A stretch of 63,985 nt of DNA, filler included, from Stramenopiles sp. TOSAG23-2 (Eukaryota): the NCBI GenBank assembly GCA_900128395.1. It is 3 parts of 3 records of this genome, joined end to end, with 100 filler letters (N's around TTAATTAATTAA, not from the genome) between each part and the next. Parts side by side here need not be neighbours in the genome. Positions count along the whole stretch, not along the records: positions 1 to 22,590 come from LT649509.1; 2 more parts are not named here. One strand, 5' to 3'. The translations under genes and the position numbers were made by a program. This document shows positions 11,642-22,690 of the stretch, piece by piece (within the stretch, counting starts at the first letter, position 1; the number at the start of each line of letters is the position of its first letter). The notes beneath the pieces are model-generated. The model was not told where the DNA came from. It was given only the letters and a program-made list of their open reading frames with translations, and searched no databases.

Positions 11642-12871
11642 TTATTCCCGACAACCTTGTAATAAACTTTCTTTGTTCAATCCTAATGCACTTGGTAAAA
11701 TGCATTCTCCAGCATCACGTCCATCAATTTTACCACTACCGGTTAAATATTCTTTATTAATTAAACCTTGATTCCAAATAATAATTTTATCCATCAATGG
11801 TGTTTCTACTCCTACCATAACTGCAATATCTTTGAATGTACATAAACCAAATGGCAAATCAGTTTCAAAAAATTTATGAGCTAATGTTGGGACGATGCCA
11901 CCTTCCACGGTACTGTATGGTATGTGATGTTTTGAAAATGCTGCATTAGTCATGAAACTTGAAGCTAATGTAGATTTGTCAGTCACTTGCTCTTTGTAAT
12001 TTTCTGCAATGCAAAATTGAATGTGATAATTACGTTGTAAATGTGAATTGTCCGGGTATAATTTTGCGGTTGCAGTTACCACATCAACAATTTCTTGATC
12101 CAAAATTTCTAAACATTTAATTGCTTCTGGTCTTAAATCTTTGTAAATAAAACTAGGAACTTCATTGTCGAATCCTTTTTCCACATTTGGTGTTTCTTTG
12201 AATGCAGTGTATGGAGTTTTACCATCCCAATCTTTGAATAGACCATATAAGATTGGAGGATGGATCCATGGATTATTTGGCCAAAATGTTGATGCTAAGA
12301 AATCCGTATCAACCAAATCTGGAATTTGTAAAATATCACGCATAATATCCTTAATACCAACACCATCTTTGCCATTTTCAGTAGCTATTCGTAACATACG
12401 CTTGGCACCAAAGACATATCCAGTTTTACCATATTCATGTGTACCACAGCACCATGGGATCAACTGCGTACCAAATATATGGTACTTACCAGGTCCAAGT
12501 GTCTTTGCACATACCCAGTTAAAACCACCATATGCACATATGGAACCAATATGAAATGCTTTTTCACGATTAATATGTGGTTTAATTTTTTCCAAGACAA
12601 CTGGATTTAAATGAATTGGTAAACCAGCAATGAAAATAACATCAGCTTCTGGAATACATTCAGCTGGATCGGATGTAACTAAATCAATAGTTGCACGGAC
12701 TTCATCTTGATTGATGTATTCTTTATCATCATTTTTAAAACCAACATCCAAAGACCATTTCTCTGGTTTTCTTGTTAATACCGTCGTATGATAACCAGCT
12801 AATTTACCAAGTGTCGCCATGATTGGGGATGAATTTCCACCACCAACAATAACTAATTTTCCTTTCGACAT
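11642..12871 (-). CDS. Opine (octopine/tauropine/nopaline-type) NAD(P) dehydrogenase
   Basis: Rossmann VIVGGGNS; TSDPAEC; IHPPILYG; KFFETDLPFGL..K..A...GV.TP.MD, typical of the octopine dehydrogenase C-domain. Confidence 0.85.
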   Translation of the reverse strand: MSKGKLVIVGGGNSSPIMATLGKLAGYHTTVLTRKPEKWSLDVGFKNDDKEYINQDEVRATIDLVTSDPAECIPEADVIFIAGLPIHLNPVVLEKIKPHINREKAFHIGSICAYGGFNWVCAKTLGPGKYHIFGTQLIPWCCGTHEYGKTGYVFGAKRMLRIATENGKDGVGIKDIMRDILQIPDLVDTDFLASTFWPNNPWIHPPILYGLFKDWDGKTPYTAFKETPNVEKGFDNEVPSFIYKDLRPEAIKCLEILDQEIVDVVTATAKLYPDNSHLQRNYHIQFCIAENYKEQVTDKSTLASSFMTNAAFSKHHIPYSTVEGGIVPTLAHKFFETDLPFGLCTFKDIAVMVGVETPLMDKIIIWNQGLINKEYLTGSGKIDGRDAGECILPSALGLNKESLLQGCRE

Positions 12872-13413
12872 TTTTCTTTTGTTTTCTTGTGTGTGTGTGT
12901 GTGTACGTTTGTGTAAGTATTTACTTTAATTGTTGTAATGTATTTATATTATTTCTTTATCTTTTCTAATACGTTCTTTCCTCCCCCACACGTATTCTCG
13001 TCTTCCATATATTTTTTATTATTATTAATTCAAAAAGTACTTTACTTGGTTACAAATAAAAAATATGCGGCTAAAAATGATGCTCTATCTTAATCTACCG
13101 TACAATACATAGACTATATAAATAGCATTGTAGACGAGCGCAGGAGATGCGTAGTAGGGGGATAGCATTGGAATTATATGAGGAGATACAAAAAAATCTA
13201 TAATAGCCTAATAGATTTTTTTACGAATATTTCATTTGTCCATCCTTCAGTTTAGTGAGATAGATATTGATGGTTAAAATCTAAGTTATAAAATATTTTT
13301 ACACTTCTCGTGTTAAAGTAATATGCTCATAGATATTATTGTCTCAGTTATTGTACGAGTCGTATTCTTTCTGGAGAGTAGGTGAGTAAATTTAAAAAAT
13401 AAGTTATTGTGCA

Positions 13414-16400
13414 TTAATTAAATACTATATCATTATCACACACACATGAAAATACATCTTTCACAACATTCCATCCTTCCACTTGAATTTGAAGTTTTCC
13501 ATCATTACTTCTATTATTATTACCTTCCTCATCTCTACTATGCATACTAATAACAATTACAGTAGTAGATTCATTTGGTAACAATGTGAAATACTGTTTT
13601 GAGTATGTATATGGCAAATTTAACGTTTCTGCAGCACTTTTTAATATAACATTTAAACGTATTGCTACTGCAATCATCTGATTGTTATTTTTGCCATTCT
13701 TAATTGTAACTAAGATATTTCCATTGTTACCAATACTAATATCATTATTACAAGTAACTTGAAGATGTATCAATTCTTCTTCATTACTTCTTATTCCATC
13801 TAATTCTTGATAATTTTGAAAAGTTGATGGATTAGAAAGCCAATAATCGTTGAATGATATAACCTGCCCTTGTTTTTGTGCCAGTGTCATAGTTGCAACA
13901 TCAATACTATTAGTATCAATACTTAACTCCATCCGCAAATATAATGTTGAATCTTCACTTTTTGTTGCATCAACTGGAAATTCAAATTTATCAAGATCTG
14001 TTACTAAATATACAGATTTACCAATTAATTCTTTATCGGCAATAATTGTATCATGACTGTTTACTAAAGTTCCATTCATATGAAACCACTGGACACTTAA
14101 ATAAAATGATAATTTGATGGCCCCAGTATTATTATTATTATTATTATTATTATCATTAAAATGATTCACATCAAAATATTGACGATTGATTACAACAATG
14201 GATAAATTTTCAGTCCAATTGCCTAATTGTACATGTAATGATCCATGTTTACCACCTTCAGTTGCTGCTACGAGACCCCAAAATCCACCATTTGTTTCTA
14301 AATAAGAATCATACATATATCCACGAAAAGATGGCCATGGTGATTGCGTTTTCCAAAATAGCATTCCAGTATAATACAACCACATATGCCGTTGGAAACC
14401 TTCATATAAACCTTTTACTTGACAATATTGAACAAGCTGTGCTCTGTAACAATACTCAGACATATTTGTTGGTCTTCCATATTTTGTAATATGATCTTGT
14501 TTTTGATCATCGACATAACCTAAATATTGATGAAAAGTAAATACAGACGGAATTGTATCATCGTTCTGTTTTGGAAATTTTTTTAAATTCTCACCATGTA
14601 AAAATCGTTTAATAGATCTATAAATCGGTGTTGCTGATGACCCAGTCTCCGGCTGAAAACCTAATTTTAAATTTGCTGCACTAGTTTTATTCCAAAACTC
14701 AAGTCCAGGATTCCGTTCATCAAATCTCCTAGGATCAAGGTAACCATAAGGTCCATCTTTCGGAGCAATTGCAAATTCGTAATCATAATTTGTATAATTA
14801 CTCATACTACTTGCTATATAAAATCTTCCTGGATCCAATTCAGATATTAACAACGGTATACCAATTGCCAAATCTTTTGGAGGACTTAATTTTTCTGGAT
14901 ACAATTCATTTCCACCAACCCATAATAAAAGAGATGGATGGTTGCGTAGCATCAAAATCACATCTTGCACACATGATAGATAAACATTGTGTTCTAATGG
15001 AGATGAATAATTTCCTGCCCATCGTCCGTTATTATCACCTGTCATCCAAAATTCTTGCCATATTAACATTCCTAATTCATCTGCAGCATTGTAAAATTCT
15101 GGTCGTTCTGTAATACCACCACCCCATACACGTATCATATTTAAACCCATTTGTTTATGTAGTAGTATTTCATTATGGTATCGTTTTGAAGAAGTTGAAT
15201 ATCTTAAAAATTGATCTGTACCAATCCAATTTCCACCTTGTATAAATATTTTTTCCCCATTACAAAGAAATACCCTTCCATCTGTTACGTCTGTATCTAC
15301 ATATGTGGTAAATGTTCGAATACCAAATTTAATACTCATCTCTGTTAAAGGTGATGTCTTCAAATTTTTATCAATCAATAATAATGATTTCTCATCATAA
15401 TGAAATAATTCAAGTTGCATTGTATATAAATTTGGCCCATCATAATGACTATGTGGAAACCAAAGTTTTGGTGATTTCATTGAGAGTGATGGTAATTTCA
15501 CATTCGTATTATTGCTTGATATTTTAAATGCAGTTGTTTCTACATGTTCCATCGTTTCCACCACTGTTGCACGAAGAATATATCTTATATCATCATTATC
15601 ATTTAGTTGTGAAAATATTGATGTTGCAATATCAATATTAACAATTGATGGTGGTACATTTGAAGTAATATTTGTTTTAATTTTTATATGGGGATTGATT
15701 AATGATATTATATGATCATGAAATACTTCTAATTCAACTAAATCCCATAACCCTGTATTTCTATCTGGTGTTGCACGTGCCCAGTCCCAGCCAGCTGTAT
15801 ATTGCATAATAGCAGCATTTTTTGCTATTTCATGATCGCCTCCTTGCCCACAATTCGGCTTCCCAACATAGTCTGGTGGAGATATTAATATTGCAAAGGA
15901 AACCATGGAAGAACTATCAATATTTATAGGATATTTCCACCGATGAAACATACCAACAGCAGCTTTATTATTATTAACATTGATTGGCATAATTTCTTTG
16001 CCATTTTGAAAAAATGATGCACGATAATTTAGCGATCGTATATGTACATATGCTGTAGATTTTAATGTGGAAATGGATGGTATATTGTTGTTGTTGTTGT
16101 TGTTGCTATTGCATTTTGATATTAACTGCGTAACATTATGAATTTGTGCTCTCCAGAAAAAGGTATACATTCCAGAATTATTATATATATCAGGAATCTT
16201 ATTTAAATCTTCATCATGAAATAGATCACTTATTCCTGGAAACATATTATTATTTAACATTGAAATCAATGCCGTTCCAGGGACAATTGCTGGAAAACAT
16301 TCATCTTGATACGTAGTTGTATTTAAAAATTTATTGAATGAGATATGTTTTAAATTATTAATATTTTGAGATGATTGGCATAATTTCCATTCTATTTTAT

Positions 16401-16500
16401 TAGAATTAAGATCAATTTTACAGCTAGTTGTATTTTGAACAACAATACTTATGAATAAGAAAAAAATTACAATTATAGCTTTGTTATTGTTATACATCAT
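13414..16500 (-). CDS. GH2 glycoside hydrolase, mannosylglycoprotein endo-beta-mannosidase-like, secreted
   Basis: Signal peptide; GGDHEIAK..QYTAGWDW...DRNTGLWD; FIQGGNWI; MIRVWGGG..ERPEFY..ADELG.LIWQEFW; LRNHPSLLLWVGGNE. Confidence 0.9.
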   Translation of the reverse strand: MMYNNNKAIIVIFFLFISIVVQNTTSCKIDLNSNKIEWKLCQSSQNINNLKHISFNKFLNTTTYQDECFPAIVPGTALISMLNNNMFPGISDLFHDEDLNKIPDIYNNSGMYTFFWRAQIHNVTQLISKCNSNNNNNNNIPSISTLKSTAYVHIRSLNYRASFFQNGKEIMPINVNNNKAAVGMFHRWKYPINIDSSSMVSFAILISPPDYVGKPNCGQGGDHEIAKNAAIMQYTAGWDWARATPDRNTGLWDLVELEVFHDHIISLINPHIKIKTNITSNVPPSIVNIDIATSIFSQLNDNDDIRYILRATVVETMEHVETTAFKISSNNTNVKLPSLSMKSPKLWFPHSHYDGPNLYTMQLELFHYDEKSLLLIDKNLKTSPLTEMSIKFGIRTFTTYVDTDVTDGRVFLCNGEKIFIQGGNWIGTDQFLRYSTSSKRYHNEILLHKQMGLNMIRVWGGGITERPEFYNAADELGMLIWQEFWMTGDNNGRWAGNYSSPLEHNVYLSCVQDVILMLRNHPSLLLWVGGNELYPEKLSPPKDLAIGIPLLISELDPGRFYIASSMSNYTNYDYEFAIAPKDGPYGYLDPRRFDERNPGLEFWNKTSAANLKLGFQPETGSSATPIYRSIKRFLHGENLKKFPKQNDDTIPSVFTFHQYLGYVDDQKQDHITKYGRPTNMSEYCYRAQLVQYCQVKGLYEGFQRHMWLYYTGMLFWKTQSPWPSFRGYMYDSYLETNGGFWGLVAATEGGKHGSLHVQLGNWTENLSIVVINRQYFDVNHFNDNNNNNNNNTGAIKLSFYLSVQWFHMNGTLVNSHDTIIADKELIGKSVYLVTDLDKFEFPVDATKSEDSTLYLRMELSIDTNSIDVATMTLAQKQGQVISFNDYWLSNPSTFQNYQELDGIRSNEEELIHLQVTCNNDISIGNNGNILVTIKNGKNNNQMIAVAIRLNVILKSAAETLNLPYTYSKQYFTLLPNESTTVIVISMHSRDEEGNNNRSNDGKLQIQVEGWNVVKDVFSCVCDNDIVFN

Positions 16501-17222
16501 AATAATATCCAATGTTACATATCTAAAACGATTCTATTACTACTTGTGCTTGTTGTTTTACGTTTGTTTGATTCTCTCTTTTGTTTTGTTTATTCTGATA
16601 AATTTCCTCGCTGGAAGATTTCGTCTCCAAAAACAGATATGATGATGAATGATGAGCTAAGGTTGCTGGATCTTGATAATAGAAATCTTACGACTGTTCA
16701 TCCAAATAATTTAGATTTTAATCTAATAGATTTATTTGATACCAATGAAATAAAATTTAGCTATCATCAATATTAGTCGAGACCCTCGCCTCTTCGCTTA
16801 CCATCTGTACTGCGTCTACATCAATATAATAAATCTTATTCCTTATAAAAATATAATAACATTAGATATTTACAAATTAGTCGGCTCTCCTGACGCACGC
16901 GATTAAATAATGAACAAACCAAACTAAAACCCTAACTTCTAACCTGGCGGATATAATATTCCCCCATAATAATAAGGTATAGTAGGTAGTAGTACAGTAT
17001 GTATTAATATACATATATATATACATCATATTCTTCTCACTCTTCTCATTATAAACTTATACTCTCCAAACAAAATACATTACACAGAGATTCATGGTGA
17101 TATATATCCATACAATACAATACACATCAACATATATTCAATACCATTACCACTAAATCAACCAATACATCAGTTACTAGGTTTTTTGTTAAACATATCT
17201 GTTTATACAGAAACAAATACAA

Positions 17223-18782
17223 ATGCATCCAAGTTCACAATATCATAAAGAATTAGCACATATTGTACGTGCTGATAAAGATAATAAACGTTGTTGTGAT
17301 TGTGGAAAAAATAATCCAAGATGGGCCTCGACTAATTTAGGTTGCTTCATGTGTTTAGAATGTAGTGGCATACATCGTGCCATTGGCGTGCACATAACAA
17401 AAATTAAATCTATTACACTTGACAAATGGACTAGGAATGAAGTTGAATATATGAAAACTGTTGGTAATCGTATCCATAATGCCAGGTGGGAAGCATTTTT
17501 AGAAAATGGACAAGGTATTATGCCACAATCAAGTATGAGAGAAAGAGATACGTTCATACGTGCTAAATACAATAATCGAAAATGGTTTTCTAATATTCCA
17601 AAAGATCAATTACCACCACCTGCAAAATTGGATAACGCTGGCTCTGCAAAACCACAATTCCAAACTGCTGCACAAAGAGCAAAAATGAGAAGGGAAAAAG
17701 CAGCACGGGAAAAAGCAGAAAAAGCAGAGGCTGATCGACTAGCAGCACTTAAAGCTAAAGAAGAAAGTGAAGCTCAAGCACGTATAAAAAAGGTAAATGA
17801 TGACAAGCTTGCAAGTCGTAGAGCACAAAAAGATAGGCGCCTTTCCGATAAACAAAAGCAAAAAGAAGCGGCTAGGTTACGACGCCAGCAACGAAAAAAT
17901 CAACGTGTAAGACGACGTAGTAAAGAATTAAATTCATTGTATCAACAAACTGCAAACACTAATAATAATAAAGATGATGATGCACTTATCGGTGAAGTTG
18001 TTGTTGCAACTGGAAATAATGATAATAACAGTGTAAATAATAAAAACAACCAAGAAGAATCTGGAGATTTACTAGATTTAATGAGTGGAGATCAATTTTC
18101 AACATCGCCAGTAACAACTCCTAACCTTACACCTTCTAATAATGATGTTGCTGTTTCCGGTTTTTCCTTTTTATCAAACAATAATAATAATAATGATACA
18201 AGTGGTAATAATAATAATAATATTACAACTAACGCACAACAAGAACCACCAGCACCACAAGTAGATACAATGGTATCTGGTTTTTCATTTTTGTCAGCAA
18301 CAACAGATACAAATATTGCTACAACTGATGTTAAAGAAGAAACATCTGCACCAGTAATTATGTCTGCAAATAATAATAGCAATGCTATTGATTCAGCATT
18401 TGCAGATTTAGCAGCATTAGCACCAACACCTCCAACTAATCAAGACAATAGTAATACGACTACTCCTGTGACATCACAACTAGACAACAACAACACTAGT
18501 ACCACAACCACTAGTAATTTATCATCGACCACTTTGAATGAAAATGATGTAGTGCAACTTGAAAGTACATTAGGACAAGTACAACAAACAGTTCAATGGT
18601 ATTCAGAAGCATTAAATGCATATATTGAAGCGACAAAAAATTTAAAAATGATTGAAGAAAAAGTTCAAAATGCAAATGGAGATACTGCTGATTTAATGCA
18701 ACGTATTTCATATTTGAAAGAACAAGTCATGGCAACTCATTCATTCATCAATAGTTTCGCTAGTATGAGTGAAGGACAATAA
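17223..18782 (+). CDS. ADP-ribosylation factor GTPase-activating protein (ArfGAP, SMAP/AGD-like)
   Basis: CCDC-x16-CLECSGIHR zinc finger, WAS.NLG, KSITLDKW, FIRAKY; low-complexity and coiled-coil C-terminus. Confidence 0.92.
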   Translation: MHPSSQYHKELAHIVRADKDNKRCCDCGKNNPRWASTNLGCFMCLECSGIHRAIGVHITKIKSITLDKWTRNEVEYMKTVGNRIHNARWEAFLENGQGIMPQSSMRERDTFIRAKYNNRKWFSNIPKDQLPPPAKLDNAGSAKPQFQTAAQRAKMRREKAAREKAEKAEADRLAALKAKEESEAQARIKKVNDDKLASRRAQKDRRLSDKQKQKEAARLRRQQRKNQRVRRRSKELNSLYQQTANTNNNKDDDALIGEVVVATGNNDNNSVNNKNNQEESGDLLDLMSGDQFSTSPVTTPNLTPSNNDVAVSGFSFLSNNNNNNDTSGNNNNNITTNAQQEPPAPQVDTMVSGFSFLSATTDTNIATTDVKEETSAPVIMSANNNSNAIDSAFADLAALAPTPPTNQDNSNTTTPVTSQLDNNNTSTTTTSNLSSTTLNENDVVQLESTLGQVQQTVQWYSEALNAYIEATKNLKMIEEKVQNANGDTADLMQRISYLKEQVMATHSFINSFASMSEGQ

Positions 18783-19167
18783 TGTGCCTGTATTGTGTAG
18801 AGTACATTATTACGAAGTGTGATGTGTAATAATATTGAAAGATGATAAACAAAATATATTACTAGAGAGAGAATTTTTGAAGAAGAAACAGAGTAATGTG
18901 GTAGTATGATTTTTTATTTTTGTGAGGGTGCAGAGGAGTATATCACGCAAGTAAAAATACCTGTATATCATTAATACCAAAATAAATATAATAATTTCCA
19001 AATTTTTTTATCAATATTTTTTATTATTATTATACCATTTATAAAATATCATAAATCTGTTTTTTTTATAAATAAAAATATAAAAAAATATAAATATTAA
19101 AATATTTTTTATATAAAATATTACAGTATCTTTTACTACTCTACACACGCTTTTAAAATGTACATAT

Positions 19168-19815
19168 TTACTCAACAGAAACTTTCAAGTGGCTTTGACC
19201 AAGCTTTAAAACGTCACCATTATTAATAACATATGGATGACGTGCTTCCAATGCCCCTCCATTTAAAAATGAACCATTCGTACTTCCTAGATCAGAAAAA
19301 CATAAATCACCTTTAACGATATGAATTTTGCCATGTGTTGTACTAACTTCAGAGTCTTTAAATAAACTCACACCACTTTTCTTAAAACGTTTCCCGGTTG
19401 ATCTACCAATCATGACAGTCAATCTTTGCGTACGCTTAAAATTAAACGAGGCATCTTTATGTACACCTTCTACAACGGCTATTTTTATTTTACTATTATT
19501 CGAGCTACTGCTACTACTACTACTACTACCGCTGCTACTTGTTTTAGATTTCTTCGAACTTTTGTCACTTTGTTGTTGTTCATATTCTTTTTCCAATTCT
19601 GCTATTTGTTTTTCTACTTCATTTTCCAATTCAATTTTTCCAAGCTCAAATTCATTTCTCAATTTGTTAACTTGTCCTCGAATATGTTCTTGTATTGCTT
19701 CTACCATTTTTGTTTTTTCTTCCAATAAATATTCTTGTACGGTCATACCTGGTTTAGGTTGTTCAGCAATTTCATGTACTTTACGTTTACGTGTTGTAGC
19801 TAGAATATCACTCAT
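19168..19815 (-). CDS. FHA domain protein with N-terminal coiled coil
   Basis: IGRS...DSEVSTTHG...DLGSTNGSFLNG...GDVLKLG FHA signature; likely start ATG at 19815 (MSDIL). Confidence 0.88.
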   Translation of the reverse strand: MSDILATTRKRKVHEIAEQPKPGMTVQEYLLEEKTKMVEAIQEHIRGQVNKLRNEFELGKIELENEVEKQIAELEKEYEQQQSDKSSKKSKTSSSGSSSSSSSSSNNSKIKIAVVEGVHKDASFNFKRTQRLTVMIGRSTGKRFKKSGVSLFKDSEVSTTHGKIHIVKGDLCFSDLGSTNGSFLNGGALEARHPYVINNGDVLKLGQSHLKVSVE

Positions 19816-20568
19816 TTTGAAATTTTTATTATTTTTTTTTTTTAAACTTATATATCTCGTATCAATTATAATTTCTACCAATACTACGATACAATTTCTA
19901 TCAATATAAATGAATGGATGATTTAAATGTTATGTCCAATATGCTTCGTTGTATATAGAAGAAGAATTGTATTGGTGATTTCAAAGAATCATTCTTTTCC
20001 ACTCTTCTATCAATAGTCAATATAGTATATTTTTTTTGAAATCTTGGCAAAGCAACCAAAGAAGCACCAAAAAAATTCAAAAAAAATAAATAAAAAAAAA
20101 TGATGATGAAATGAAGAATGAAGAAGCCAGCTGGGCCTTAACCTTTTAAGGTATAATACAGGACAGGGGGCTGGCCTTAGCAGGCCATAGCAGGCCATAG
20201 CAGGCCCATAAATTAAAAAAAATATTAATAAAAGGCAATTACTACCACCGTGGTAGTCCCTATTAGAATTATTAGTATATCACACTAACAGTACTGCAAA
20301 CTGGCAAACCACAGGCCAAGCCAGGCGAAACAACTTAAACACCACCAACAATAATAATAAATACCTGGTAATATTTTTTTAGACCGAAATTATTAATAAA
20401 AATAATACATATATATATTTGATTATGCAGAAGATGTATATAATAATAGTAATTGTAGATAACAATAAATGGTTAGTATTTGTATTTAATACCTCTCATG
20501 TGTTCATACATAGATACTATTCTTGAAAATTTATAAAGTACTAAATATATACAGATACATACTATACC

Positions 20569-21714
20569 ATGTCGTCTGGAAGATTGAGAAGATTAAATAG
20601 ATCAATTTCAAGGAATCCACAAACCAATGAAGAGGAAAGTGATAATAATAATAATAAATCTCGAGGGCAAGCATTAAAATTATTACGTAAAAAATCATAT
20701 CTTAATAGAAATAAAAAATTAGATTCTCCAACTAATTCAGAAAGTGCTGCTAATTGGCGAGCAAGATTAAGATCAGCTAGAGGATTCAGGACAGAGGAAA
20801 ATGCAAATACCGAATCTAGCAATGTAAGAAAGGTTCTACTTCGTATCAATACAGGAAAATATTTAAATAAAGATAAGTTAAAAGGTGATGATAATGATAA
20901 TAAAAATAATAAAACTAGCAAAGATGGTAATAGTAATAATAATAATAATAATAATAAAACTAGCAAAGATGGTGATGAAAAGGATAATAACGATGATGTG
21001 AAAGAGGACAAAAACCAAGTTGAAGAAATACGTCATCGGGTATCAATATTTGATAAGGCAAAAGAAAAATTGAAACAAAATCCACATATTGCAAAAACTT
21101 CGACTGGTAAATTACTTTTACGCCCGTCAACAGTAATAGAACAATCACCATCCTTGCGTTTAAACTCCATAAAAAAACTTGGTGATAAAGATAACATTCG
21201 TCCACGCAAACGTGTATTAAGTCAGGCTGATTACAATAGAGTACGGCGTGCCTCAACGGTGATTGCGTCACAATTAGGATTACCACCACCACCAAGTGCT
21301 GCTCCTCCATCAAACTTGCCAAATTTAGTCATTGAAGAAACTCCTCCTCCACCACCATCATCATTGCCTCCAAAACATATGGAATTAATAAATGATGTCA
21401 AAGTAGTAGTCACATCGAAACCACCTATAGAATCACCACCAAAAGTGCCTGGCCCACCACCTATACCACCAGTTTATGATGATGTTGAAAAGGGATCATT
21501 AACAATAAGTGAAATCGATGAAATTAATAAACGTAAGAAACGTTTATTTCGAAAAAACCAAGACGTATTCATATGTAGATGCGATTCCGACAAGAATCTT
21601 GCTGACATTATGACAAAAGCCTTGGGACCTAAGAAACATTTAGATATGGCTAAGTTTTTCTTTAAAGGTCAAAATCCTATGGATAAAGAATACAGCGATT
21701 TACGCGGTGTATAA
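20569..21714 (+). CDS. Proline/basic low-complexity protein whose last ~50 aa are a Ty1/copia RNase H fragment
   Basis: 381-aa ORF with a good ATG context; poly-Pro tracts; ends ..DSDKNLADIMTKALGPKKH.. Confidence 0.6.
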   Translation: MSSGRLRRLNRSISRNPQTNEEESDNNNNKSRGQALKLLRKKSYLNRNKKLDSPTNSESAANWRARLRSARGFRTEENANTESSNVRKVLLRINTGKYLNKDKLKGDDNDNKNNKTSKDGNSNNNNNNNKTSKDGDEKDNNDDVKEDKNQVEEIRHRVSIFDKAKEKLKQNPHIAKTSTGKLLLRPSTVIEQSPSLRLNSIKKLGDKDNIRPRKRVLSQADYNRVRRASTVIASQLGLPPPPSAAPPSNLPNLVIEETPPPPPSSLPPKHMELINDVKVVVTSKPPIESPPKVPGPPPIPPVYDDVEKGSLTISEIDEINKRKKRLFRKNQDVFICRCDSDKNLADIMTKALGPKKHLDMAKFFFKGQNPMDKEYSDLRGV

Positions 21715-22110
21715 TCCAGGAGGAGAAAGTAATATGGTATTGATTTACGCATAATAGAGATTTAGATTTTGACAGTATAAAATCGAGACGCCTACTAGGT
21801 CCAATTAGCAGGCAATAGCATACAAATCAAAGTCTAATACATTTTGTTTAGCAGGCAATAGCATACAAATCGAAGTGTATAGGCGTTCTTTTGAGTCAGG
21901 CTGCTGGCAGGCTAAAAGATAAAACACATTATGCATAACGTAGTTATCATATCATATTGAGATTATTGAAGCCCCTGCAAAATAATCTATTCATTCATTT
22001 AAATTTGAATTCTATTATTATAAGAAACATTACGATTCATTGCAAGTCAATTGGAATGGTAATGAGGAGGAGTAACGAGTGATATCGATAATAGGAGGAG
22101 AAACTAGTTA
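21560..22110 (+). mobile_element. 3' remnant of a Ty1/copia LTR retrotransposon (RNase H C-terminus plus polypurine tracts)
   Basis: NLADIMTKAL matches the conserved (N/Q)xAD(I/L)xTKxL RNase H end of copia pol; purine tracts AGGAGGAG follow the stop (~21718) and recur at ~22066 and ~22093. LTR boundaries are not resolved. Confidence 0.6.
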
Positions 22111-22590
22111 TATAATCAATATACGGATTGTAGAACAGAGTATACGTCAGAGTATAGTTGCTACTTAATGGAAATACAATTAAATACACCATACGTCAGA
22201 GTGTACGTCAGTATGCGTCTTGGGATAAATGTTATAAGCTTAAGTGTTAGTAAGAGCACAGCATTGAGCGTTGATAAACATAAATACAGATGGTTGTTTT
22301 CACACATATATATGCGGGCGATAACATATATAACATAGAAAAGTAGTAAGAGACGTATAAAAATTATCACATAAAATAAGATAGTAAGAAAAGTAATTAT
22401 TATTAAACCTTATAATTTGAATTGAATATTAACGAATTACCTAGGAGTAGATTAGTTAAGTTGTTATCATCATCATCATCATTTTTTTTTTTTTCAGTTT
22501 TGATTGATTATTATATTATTCCCTGCCCTGATGTGTAGGGGTTTCAAAGGAAATAAATTAAAGGAAATAAATTATATAAAAAAAAAATAC

Positions 22591-22690
22591 NNNNNNNNNN
22601 NNNNNNNNNNNNNNNNNNNNNNNNNNNNNNNNNNTTAATTAATTAANNNNNNNNNNNNNNNNNNNNNNNNNNNNNNNNNNNNNNNNNNNN
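22591..22690. other. Artificial contig linker (Ns around TTAATTAATTAA)
   Basis: 100 nt; all-frame stop spacer at 22635-22646. Confidence 0.97.

Noticed and set aside
16927..16945. AAACCCTAA telomere-like word
   Set aside because: Single copy; at most a telo-box, not a telomeric array.
22635..22646. TTAATTAATTAA embedded in N runs (also at 45278-45289)
   Set aside because: Artificial six-frame-stop linker, not biology; ORFs 45013-45285 and 45282-45938 that end in it are boundary artefacts.
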